Shown: positions 17,880 to 25,099 of the stretch, one piece after another
How positions within the stretch are numbered: position 1 is the stretch's first letter
How the letters are laid out: each line of letters opens with the position of its first letter
IMG/VR virus record: IMGVR_UViG_3300025018_000137
Location: 11,143-75,142 of that record
DNA: 64,000 nt
Strand: one strand, 5' to 3'
From: a virus
Taxonomy: Duplodnaviria; Caudoviricetes
Made by a program: the position numbers and the translations under genes
The notes under the pieces: generated by a model
Told to the model about the DNA's origin: nothing
What the model saw: the letters and a program-made list of their open reading frames with translations, nothing else
Databases searched by the model: none

Positions 17880-18540
17880 GGCGCTTCTCCAGTTTCCCGG
17901 AGAGTGCACCGACTGTCTTCGGCCTGCGCTTGACCTTCTGTACCAGCGCCCGGCGTAGCTCTGCGTTCTCGGCCGCAAGGGACGCTGTACGGGCCTCTAG
18001 GCGGTCGTAATCGGCCGTACTGGCGTGAGGGGCGGTAGGGGTAGCGGGTGCGGTACTGCGGCCGTCCGGGAGGCTCCTGCGCGCATTGGCGGCGCTAGTC
18101 TGGTTTAGGCCCCGCTTGAGGTAGCGGGTCCATAGGGCCACGAATCCGAATGAGGGCTCGGAGGGCATCGTATCCATCCACGCAAGTTCGCCCTGACGAA
18201 TGTCCTGCCACCTCTCGACTACTTCAGCGAAGAAGGCAGGGATGTCGTAGATCATGGCCAGTTTGAGATTTCTACGAAATGCACCGATCTCCTTAGCGGT
18301 AGGCTGAACTTCGTTGGGTACGTGAACTCTCCACGCCGCGATGATGTCTTGGGTCTTCAGGGTAGAGTTGGCCCGCCCAGCCCGCTCCAAATTCTTCTTC
18401 CGACTCTGGGTAGATACCTGAGCCAGTCGTTCTTCGATGCTACCGTGGTACTTCGCCACCCCCGTGCTCCTCAGTTGCTTTGTAGCCCAAGTTAGCCAGT
18501 TGTCATCGTCGCCACGGCGACAAGACTTCTGTGTATTCAT
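17872..18540 (-). CDS. Hypothetical replication-module protein
   Basis: 222-aa ORF immediately after the iteron-like repeats; overlaps the next start. Confidence 0.55.
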   Translation of the reverse strand: MNTQKSCRRGDDDNWLTWATKQLRSTGVAKYHGSIEERLAQVSTQSRKKNLERAGRANSTLKTQDIIAAWRVHVPNEVQPTAKEIGAFRRNLKLAMIYDIPAFFAEVVERWQDIRQGELAWMDTMPSEPSFGFVALWTRYLKRGLNQTSAANARRSLPDGRSTAPATPTAPHASTADYDRLEARTASLAAENAELRRALVQKVKRRPKTVGALSGKLEKRHD

Positions 18541-18567
18541 TCTGTGTATTCTCTTCTGAGTATTATG

Positions 18568-18631
18568 GTGTCCACCTGCTGGATAGCCCCCTATCCACCT
18601 GCTGGATAGCCCCTATCCACCTGCTGGATAG
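18568..18631. repeat. Three palindromic iteron-like repeats (candidate replication origin)
   Basis: CTATCCA-CCTGC-TGGATAG at 18591-18609 and 18613-18631, variant GTGTCCACCTGCTGGATAG at 18568-18586; flanked by AT-rich TCTGTGTATTC x2. Confidence 0.7.
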
Positions 18632-18632
18632 C

Positions 18633-19013
18633 CTAGACCGATTTCAAGGCCCTTTCTCGGATCAAAGGAGCCAGAATTCTCTCTACATGGACACAATATC
18701 TGTTACCTCGTGACGTGCCTTTTCCCTTCATGGTGCCCACCAATCCCCTCTCTTCTACGTCCGATAGACAGGCCCATAGGGTGCTCTTGCTGACGGGTAG
18801 TCCAGAGTGCAGGGCCTCCCCGGTCCTAACATCTGTAACCCCGAAAATGAAATGACGCTGCGGAATGTACTCCCATTCCTTCCCCCATCGTAGAGTGCGT
18901 TCTGTTATGAATAGCAGGACCAGCCCGGAGTTGATCCCTACTTCCACGAGCCATCGGTTCAGTATCTGTTGGTACACCGGGACGTACAAAGACATCAGTT
19001 TGTCGTTGACCAT
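18633..19013 (-). CDS. Winged-HTH replication-initiator-like protein (N-terminal domain only)
   Basis: LLFITERTLRWGKEWEYIPQRHF...SGLPVSKSTLWACLSDVEERGLV resembles phage O-like wHTH; ends at the iterons. Confidence 0.55.
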   Translation of the reverse strand: MVNDKLMSLYVPVYQQILNRWLVEVGINSGLVLLFITERTLRWGKEWEYIPQRHFIFGVTDVRTGEALHSGLPVSKSTLWACLSDVEERGLVGTMKGKGTSRGNRYCVHVERILAPLIRERALKSV

Positions 19014-19036
19014 CTTTACCACTAGCGTTGTGGGCG

Positions 19037-19063
19037 AGAAAAAAGGGGACGTAAGTGCCCCCC
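19037..19063 (-). terminator. Rho-independent terminator
   Basis: Minus strand GGGGGCAC-TTAC-GTCCCC followed by T6. Confidence 0.55.
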
Positions 19064-19078
19064 TAAGTGCGCCGACCA

Positions 19079-19408
19079 TCAGTGGCGCGCGAGTACCGTA
19101 GCCCGCGCGTGTGCGGCAAGGCTGATCCCTACCGTACCGTGCGGATCGCATTGCGCTCGCGTGCATGCTTGGAGCCATTCAATCTCGAACTCACGGGCAA
19201 TCTCGTAGCCCGGGAAGTCCGACGCGACGCGGATCGCCTTCTCCTGTCCGACGGGCAGTACAAAGAAAGTCTGCCTATCCTCGTCGAATTCGATGGTACT
19301 CGCTCGCTCCAATTTCACCTTTCCGATCGCCGTCAACGGGAATTCGTCCATGTGCAGGGCGCTCATTGCCCCGGCGTTGTCGACGGCGATTACGATCTCT
19401 TTCTTCAT
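19079..19408 (-). CDS. Small companion protein of the AAA/DUF1257/DUF2997 module
   Basis: IVIAVDNAG...GKVKLERASTIEFDE motif, which I recall next to DUF1257/DUF2997 genes. Confidence 0.55.
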   Translation of the reverse strand: MKKEIVIAVDNAGAMSALHMDEFPLTAIGKVKLERASTIEFDEDRQTFFVLPVGQEKAIRVASDFPGYEIAREFEIEWLQACTRAQCDPHGTVGISLAAHARATVLARH

Positions 19409-19443
19409 CAGTTGACTCCCTTCTGTGCTGAGCGTGGACTTCC

Positions 19444-19656
19444 TCAGAAGTCCTGTTTGACCGTGGTTCCGATCACCGCGCCGGCCGGAGGCGCATAGTA
19501 TTCGGGCTTGAGGTCTCGGCTGTCGACACCGCCGAGTGCGATCTCGATCGGGGCCGACGCCTCGACGCATGAGGTGCCTTCGCAGTTGACGGCTTCGTTG
19601 ATGACGACGCCTGCCGGGCTGAAGCGTACCTTGAGGTGCGGACGATTCGGGTCCAT
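19444..19656 (-). CDS. DUF2997-family protein
   Basis: 70 aa; KVRFSPAGVVINEAVNCEGTSCVEASAPIEIALG...KPEYY pattern; GGAG RBS. Confidence 0.7.
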   Translation of the reverse strand: MDPNRPHLKVRFSPAGVVINEAVNCEGTSCVEASAPIEIALGGVDSRDLKPEYYAPPAGAVIGTTVKQDF

Positions 19657-19730
19657 GTTGTCAGTCTCCTGTGTAATCGTTTTCACGCGAACCAAGGCGG
19701 GGCGAACCCCGCCGATCCGAGGGTTGCGGC

Positions 19731-20192
19731 TTACGCCGCGATCTGGACGAGCAGTTGCATCTCGCCATCCGGCATGACATGACGTTCCATGTCGACGTAG
19801 CCCGCGTTCATCGCGGCCTTCTCGGCGCAGATGATCTGGTAGCGCTGGAGCAACTTGCCAACTGCCAACGTCTCGCGACTTACCTCCTTGTCCATCTCAT
19901 TTCCGGCTGCGCCGCCCAACTGGCGCTGGACGCTGCCGCCGTAGAAGTCGGTCCGCAGTTCGCGGGTGCCGTCTTCCATGTCGTAGACCCCGATGTCGTA
20001 CTGCGCGTTCGGGAGGTGGATCACGGTATGGGTGGATTCCATGCCCGTCTGGCGAGTCCCGAAGTACGAGCGCGGGGCGCAATTGTGTTTGAGTGAGATG
20101 GCGATCCCTTCTGCGGCCAGCTCGGCGACCGCTGCTGCGAGCGCGTCGAGGTCGGTGAGGGCTGCGGTGGTCACACGGGATGTGTGGCTCAT
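19731..20192 (-). CDS. DUF1257 (Ycf35-like) protein
   Basis: MSHTSRVTT..LTDLDALAAAVAELA, YDIGV, LRTDFYG, LLQRY pattern. Confidence 0.7.
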   Translation of the reverse strand: MSHTSRVTTAALTDLDALAAAVAELAAEGIAISLKHNCAPRSYFGTRQTGMESTHTVIHLPNAQYDIGVYDMEDGTRELRTDFYGGSVQRQLGGAAGNEMDKEVSRETLAVGKLLQRYQIICAEKAAMNAGYVDMERHVMPDGEMQLLVQIAA

Positions 20193-20244
20193 GTTCGTTC
20201 TCCTTCTGTCTGTGGTCGGTCGGTAACTCTATCCAAGCTCCGCC

Positions 20245-20273
20245 ATTGTCTCTTGTATAGGAACTTTAGTCAA
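20245..20273 (-). promoter_or_regulatory. sigma70-like promoter upstream of the DUF1257 gene
   Basis: TTGACT (20273-20268), 17 nt, GACAAT (20250-20245). Confidence 0.6.
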
Positions 20274-20945
20274 CTAGGTTTTTTTGCGCCTCACGACGGT
20301 TATTTTCCGGGTGCTACGACGCTTGGGGGCGAGCACCCCCATAGCCCCGCCAGTGCCTGCCCGTACCTCGAAGTCCACCGTGGACTTGCGTAATACAGCG
20401 ACTTCTACGCATCTGTAGTTGTCTTCGCACTCCATCGTGTCCGGGTTGACCCGCCCCATCGCAGGAGAGATGGCAGAGAGCATTTCATGCGTCAACACAA
20501 TCCCCCTGCCTTGGAACATGACGACCGACGACACGTCGGATACCGCGCTGTGTACGGGCCGATACCGCACATCGATCATCGCCGCCCCTGAATTCAGGAG
20601 AATCGCTACCGCCCCGGTCTCCTGTCTCCCCCCGGTACCAAGTACCTTGGCGTAAGTCGACCACAGAAGCGTAGGCCCTGTGTCGACCGGGCGACGGTAG
20701 AACGTCGCGGACCACTTGCCGAAGTGGTGGAGGTTTCGATGGGCGTTCCAGTGCAAGTAGCGGATCGGCGTGAGCAGGATCTCCTTCGGCATCGCCATCA
20801 CTGGACGACCCGATTTGGTCACCCGGTTGAAGTCCGCCACCATAGAGTTAAGCCGGTCAGAGGACAAAGGGAACGAGGCGTTCCCGTGACCAATACACAG
20901 CGAACCCTCCTTGTCGTAGTCGGCCATCGGGATAGTAGATGCCAC
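20274..20945 (-). CDS. Hypothetical protein
   Basis: 223-aa ORF coupled to the AAA+ gene. Confidence 0.55.
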   Translation of the reverse strand: MASTIPMADYDKEGSLCIGHGNASFPLSSDRLNSMVADFNRVTKSGRPVMAMPKEILLTPIRYLHWNAHRNLHHFGKWSATFYRRPVDTGPTLLWSTYAKVLGTGGRQETGAVAILLNSGAAMIDVRYRPVHSAVSDVSSVVMFQGRGIVLTHEMLSAISPAMGRVNPDTMECEDNYRCVEVAVLRKSTVDFEVRAGTGGAMGVLAPKRRSTRKITVVRRKKT

Positions 20946-20946
20946 C

Positions 20947-22746
20947 TCAATCTTCCTCTTTCTTCGGCGAGCGCCGCGAGGCGAGACTGGTCACCTTGCC
21001 TTGCGTCGTGTTGATCTTGCGCCGCGTGCGCTTGGCTCCGGTCGGCTGCGCCCCGGGCTCCCCGCGCCGCGTACGCCCATGCTGCCGGTTCTCCTCTTCA
21101 GTGAACGAAGCCGCCGTGGCGTTGTCCTTCGCCCAGACCATCATCGACTCCATCTGCTCGCGGTGCGACTGCGAGAGCGGAACCATGCCCCGGGCGCACT
21201 TGTCGAGGTGTACGGCAGAGAGTGACCGCTCCGGCTCCGAGTAGGCCAAGATCAGCGCGTCCTTGACGATAGCTTCGATCTCTGCCGGTACGTAGCCCTC
21301 GGTGATGTTGACGAGGCCGTACACGTCGTTGGGGTCGAGGTTGTCCAACGAGTGGCCCCGACGGTTCAAATGAATCTCGAACACTTCTTCCCGCTCGATC
21401 GCGGTGGGCAAGGTGGTCGAGAAGATGGCATCAAACCGGCCCCGACGCAACAGCTCTGGCGGAAGGCCATTGACGTTGTTCGCCGTGACGACGTTGAACA
21501 CGGGAAGGGCGCATTCCTGCAGCCATGTGAGGTACATGCCGAGAATCCGCATCGAGACGCCGGAGTCGCCGCCGCCGCCGATCCCGCCCAACCCCTTGTC
21601 GATCTCGTCCGCGAAGCATACGCACGGAGCCATCGCCTCGATCATCTTGAGGGCGCTGCGCATCCGCGACTCTGACGACCCGAGCAGGGCATTGAACATC
21701 TTGCCGAAGTCCATCCGCACGAGCGGGATGCCGAATGTGCTCGCAACCGCCTTGGCGATAAGCGACTTGCCGGTACCGGGGACGCCGACCAACACGAGAC
21801 CCTTTGGGGCCTCGATGCCGAATTCTTGGGCTTCGGGCGAGTAGCAATCGGTCCGGAGCCGTACCCACTGCTTGAGGTGATCCATGCCCCCCACGGAGTC
21901 CATGTTGCCGGACTCCATCAATTCCAGAAGGTCGCTGGACTTGATGGCCTCGGCCTTGGCCGAACGGATGCCGGAGACCAACACCTCTTCGATGTCGGCG
22001 TTGGGGTTCTCGCCGGCCTCGGAATTGGCGAATTCCACGATGGTGCGCGCCAAGCCTTGATCGAAGCTGGAACGAGTCATGCCCGCCCCCGCAACGATGA
22101 TACGGTCCAGCTCGCTCGAATCGGCGGGGAACACGAAGCGATCATCCTCGCTATCGTCGCCAAACGCATTCTCGACCATTTCGAGATACGCGGACTTCAG
22201 CTCGCTGTGCCCCGGCAGTTCGAGGGAGACGGGGTAGAAGTAGGGGGAGAACTCGGCGGACGGCAGGGGCTGGTCGTTGGTCGTGAATACAACCTTGATC
22301 GCCGATGCGTCCGAGTGCTGCGACAGCTCCATGACTGCCGCCAACAGGGGGGCGTTGTTGGGGATGTATAAGTGTGCGTTGACGAAGTTGTAGACACGGG
22401 TCCGTTCTCGCTCCTCGCTATCCTGCGGGCAATCCCGCAGCTCCATGAGCTTATCCCAGATGTGCTGCATCGCGGGGATGATTTGCTGCGTGTTCGGCAC
22501 CGGCGCGGGCGTCGGCGTGAATGCGGTCATCGTAGTGTACTGGCGGAGTCCGCGCAGGACGTTCCATTCGTAATACTCGGCTCCCGGGATTGCCATGACA
22601 ACCGTTTGCAGATCGTTGCATGCCCGGACGACTTCGGTGGTACGGACGTGGATCAGGGGGGTTCCGGAGTTGATGGCGTTGGCCACATCCTCCTCGAACT
22701 TGTCGATGCTGCTGCGATCGACAATGATATTCTGAATGCCAGACAT
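20947..22746 (-). CDS. Ycf46-like AAA+ ATPase
   Basis: VGGMDHLKQW, LVGVPGTGKS (Walker A), CFADEIDK (Walker B), TANN (sensor 1), LRRGRFD (Arg finger); N-terminal half resembles an inactive P-loop domain. Confidence 0.88.
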   Translation of the reverse strand: MSGIQNIIVDRSSIDKFEEDVANAINSGTPLIHVRTTEVVRACNDLQTVVMAIPGAEYYEWNVLRGLRQYTTMTAFTPTPAPVPNTQQIIPAMQHIWDKLMELRDCPQDSEERERTRVYNFVNAHLYIPNNAPLLAAVMELSQHSDASAIKVVFTTNDQPLPSAEFSPYFYPVSLELPGHSELKSAYLEMVENAFGDDSEDDRFVFPADSSELDRIIVAGAGMTRSSFDQGLARTIVEFANSEAGENPNADIEEVLVSGIRSAKAEAIKSSDLLELMESGNMDSVGGMDHLKQWVRLRTDCYSPEAQEFGIEAPKGLVLVGVPGTGKSLIAKAVASTFGIPLVRMDFGKMFNALLGSSESRMRSALKMIEAMAPCVCFADEIDKGLGGIGGGGDSGVSMRILGMYLTWLQECALPVFNVVTANNVNGLPPELLRRGRFDAIFSTTLPTAIEREEVFEIHLNRRGHSLDNLDPNDVYGLVNITEGYVPAEIEAIVKDALILAYSEPERSLSAVHLDKCARGMVPLSQSHREQMESMMVWAKDNATAASFTEEENRQHGRTRRGEPGAQPTGAKRTRRKINTTQGKVTSLASRRSPKKEED

Positions 22747-22779
22747 TTGTTCTGCTCCTTCTTGGTTGACGCGCCGACC

Positions 22780-22808
22780 ATTATCCCTTGTATGGCTTTT
22801 TTAGTCAA
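22780..22808 (-). promoter_or_regulatory. sigma70-like promoter upstream of the AAA+ gene
   Basis: TTGACT (22808-22803), 17 nt, GATAAT (22785-22780). Confidence 0.65.
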
Positions 22809-22816
22809 GCCCTTTA

Positions 22817-22845
22817 CAAAAAAAAGCCGCCCCGAAGGGCGGCCC
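22817..22845 (-). terminator. Rho-independent terminator ending the late/lysis transcript
   Basis: GCCGCCC-TTCG-GGCGGC hairpin followed by T7. Confidence 0.8.
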
Positions 22846-22862
22846 CATTTCCTACCTCAGCA

Positions 22863-23540
22863 CTACTTCTTGCTGCTCAACCATTCTGCTGCTCCGGTCA
22901 GCAACCCTTTGGGGGGCTCCTTGCCGGCAGCAATCGGCTTGTCATGTGTGCTGCGCGAACGTACATGCACGCCCACCACACCAACCGCCAAGGTCATCGA
23001 TCCGGAGGTATAGGCCATTGCTTCTGCGATTGCGCCGCCGACCGCCTTCATCAGCGCGGCCACATCCAGCACTTCTGCGGGGGTAATGCCTCCATCGGCC
23101 ACCGCGCCCAGACCTACGAGCCCGGTGCCGATAACCGCGAGCATCGTCAGCCATACCTGCGAAGCCAAAGTATAGATGATGGTACGTACGACTTTCGGGC
23201 GAGTCCTGCGCACGTACTGGTCGGCGCTATCCAGCTCTGTGCGGTTTGTCTCGCCCCGCTGGCGCAAGTCTTCCCGAAGAGTTTCATTCTCCTCGGCAGT
23301 AACCTGAGCGGCAATCCGGGCCAGCTCTACCTCTCTGTCCGCCTCGATCTGGCGAACCCGCACCATGTCTTCGGGGTGCGCGTCGAGATGGGCTTCGATG
23401 GTGTCTTCGTCGGCGGGCAACCCGAGACCTTCCCCCAGCATCTGCAGCGCTTTGACTCCTACCCCTACCGGACCCCCGGCGAGTGCGGCACCGAAAAGCT
23501 CGGCCCCGCCCTTCAGGAGTTTCTTCGCAAGACTGGACAT
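22863..23540 (-). CDS. Holin (GTA 3TM-holin-like)
   Basis: GAALAGGPVG, coiled region, SADQYVRRTRP, then hydrophobic segments; follows the putative endolysin. Confidence 0.65.
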   Translation of the reverse strand: MSSLAKKLLKGGAELFGAALAGGPVGVGVKALQMLGEGLGLPADEDTIEAHLDAHPEDMVRVRQIEADREVELARIAAQVTAEENETLREDLRQRGETNRTELDSADQYVRRTRPKVVRTIIYTLASQVWLTMLAVIGTGLVGLGAVADGGITPAEVLDVAALMKAVGGAIAEAMAYTSGSMTLAVGVVGVHVRSRSTHDKPIAAGKEPPKGLLTGAAEWLSSKK

Positions 23541-23549
23541 AGGCTACTC

Positions 23550-23996
23550 CTAGCTGAGACGGTTGTAAGCTATCTTCTTCCAGCGAATCTCCAACTCCCA
23601 CGGCTCTTCGAGGTTGAAGTATTCGATCATCCTTCGTATGGCCTGCGCCGAGTGGGTCACCGCCCACTGATCCCCTACCACGCCCAAGAACCTGCCGGGG
23701 GCGATGCAGCCTTGAAGCTCCGACGCCCGGTTCGCAGAGTGGATGAGGCAGGAGAATCTTCGGGAGGTCGGCTCTTCCCAATGGGTCACGCCAAGCGGTT
23801 CGCTCACGATGGCCCAAGGCCCCTTCCCTGCGTGCGGCACCATCGTGTATATGCCTTCTGGCACACAACTGACGTACTTCTCGTTGTTCTTCCATTCCTG
23901 CTCGACGGTGTACAGAGCCTCGTTGCCGAACTCCAACTGACCGAAAGTTCCGCAGCCGGGAACCGATCCGAAACGGGTAAGGGATGCGGTCTTCAT
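23550..23996 (-). CDS. DUF5675-family putative endolysin (L,D-peptidase-like)
   Basis: GTFGQL...YTVE...SCVPEGIY...LIHSAN....LQGCIAPG with a His/Cys pair; GGAGAG RBS before the ATG at 23996. Confidence 0.65.
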   Translation of the reverse strand: MKTASLTRFGSVPGCGTFGQLEFGNEALYTVEQEWKNNEKYVSCVPEGIYTMVPHAGKGPWAIVSEPLGVTHWEEPTSRRFSCLIHSANRASELQGCIAPGRFLGVVGDQWAVTHSAQAIRRMIEYFNLEEPWELEIRWKKIAYNRLS

Positions 23997-24019
23997 TTGG
24001 CTCTCCAGTGAAAACGATT

Positions 24020-24247
24020 TCAAACTTCGTATCTGCCGCCTGCCGGGCGAGGGCGTCTCCGCCCCACTATCGACCCCTCCTTGACTCGAACCAGATCGCC
24101 GGGTCGGTACGTCGCCCCGTTCGCGAGAAACACAGAAACGCCGTTACGCATACGCACGGATACTCTCTGTCCGTCGGCGGCGACTACGGTGCCTTGTTGG
24201 CTGGTCGAAGACCCTAGCAGAGCTTTCAGAATTTGCGGTCTGTTCAT
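24020..24247 (-). CDS. Small tail-associated protein
   Basis: 75-aa OB-like segment at the end of the tail operon. Confidence 0.45.
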   Translation of the reverse strand: MNRPQILKALLGSSTSQQGTVVAADGQRVSVRMRNGVSVFLANGATYRPGDLVRVKEGSIVGRRRPRPAGGRYEV

Positions 24248-24248
24248 G

Positions 24249-24557
24249 TCACACCGGAACAAGCAGGGTTATATTCAGGTACGCGGCCGGGGGCTTGAGA
24301 TCGACGTACGCAGAGATCGACTCTATCTTGCCTCTGGCCAGCTCCCCGGTCAACAGGTCGTCGAACTCTACTAACTGCCCTAGTTCCACTCCCGACTGGT
24401 AGGGTATGCGTATGTTCTTCGTCAGTACGTTGGTCGATGCCTCGTCCAGCGCGGTAGCTCCGCGAGCAAGGGCCACGGACAGTTCCGAGAGAAGAGGCTC
24501 AAGTATGTCCTCGCCCGGTTTGGTTCCCGGGCCGCGAACCACAAGGATATCCGTCAT
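24249..24557 (-). CDS. Tail tip-associated protein
   Basis: 102-aa ORF coupled (ATGA overlap) in the tail operon. Confidence 0.5.
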   Translation of the reverse strand: MTDILVVRGPGTKPGEDILEPLLSELSVALARGATALDEASTNVLTKNIRIPYQSGVELGQLVEFDDLLTGELARGKIESISAYVDLKPPAAYLNITLLVPV

Positions 24558-25099
24558 GTTGCCAGCCCCGTGAACTGCACCGCAATCTGGTACTCCTCCT
24601 GCCCGACAAGAAGAGTATTCGTCAGCTTGTAGGCGATCGCCGAGGAGTTGTACTCCAACAGCCCTACGCCCACATACGGTGCGACGAGCGTCGGGCCGCT
24701 ACTGACCCTCAGCTTGCTGTCGTTCAGCCGAATGACATTCCCGAGGTTGTTGCCCAGCCATGTGAAGTCGAACAGTCCACCGGCATAGTTTAGCGGCTTC
24801 TGGACTGTCGCCTCGTAAACATTCGAGAACACCAAGAACTCGCTCTGGTCTACAACCTGAGTCGGGATGCTGTTATCCCGAAACACCGTACCGTGCGACG
24901 CGATCACCGAGGAGATGGACACGTTGCCCGAGATGTAGGCGAGGATGTAAACGTCTTCACCGGGACTGAATGTAGTCTTGCCTTTGTTCAGTCCTGTATC
25001 TCTTCCGTCGATTTCGGCGATCAGTACGTCCCCGCTGGTGTCCGAGCCCTGCCCGAACCCCACGACCAATGTTTGGGTTATGACCCGTGGGTCGGCCAT
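24554..25099 (-). CDS. Tail protein
   Basis: 181 aa from the ATG at 25099 (ATGA overlap); beta-rich; similar to the C-terminus of the upstream gene product. Confidence 0.55.
   Translation of the reverse strand: MADPRVITQTLVVGFGQGSDTSGDVLIAEIDGRDTGLNKGKTTFSPGEDVYILAYISGNVSISSVIASHGTVFRDNSIPTQVVDQSEFLVFSNVYEATVQKPLNYAGGLFDFTWLGNNLGNVIRLNDSKLRVSSGPTLVAPYVGVGLLEYNSSAIAYKLTNTLLVGQEEYQIAVQFTGLAT

Noticed and set aside
20947-22746. AAA+ ATPase as ParA partner or terminase ATPase
   Set aside because: Classical AAA motifs (sensor 1, Arg finger, GPPG-like Walker A) match the Ycf46/FtsH-type clade, not the deviant Walker A of ParA or TerL.
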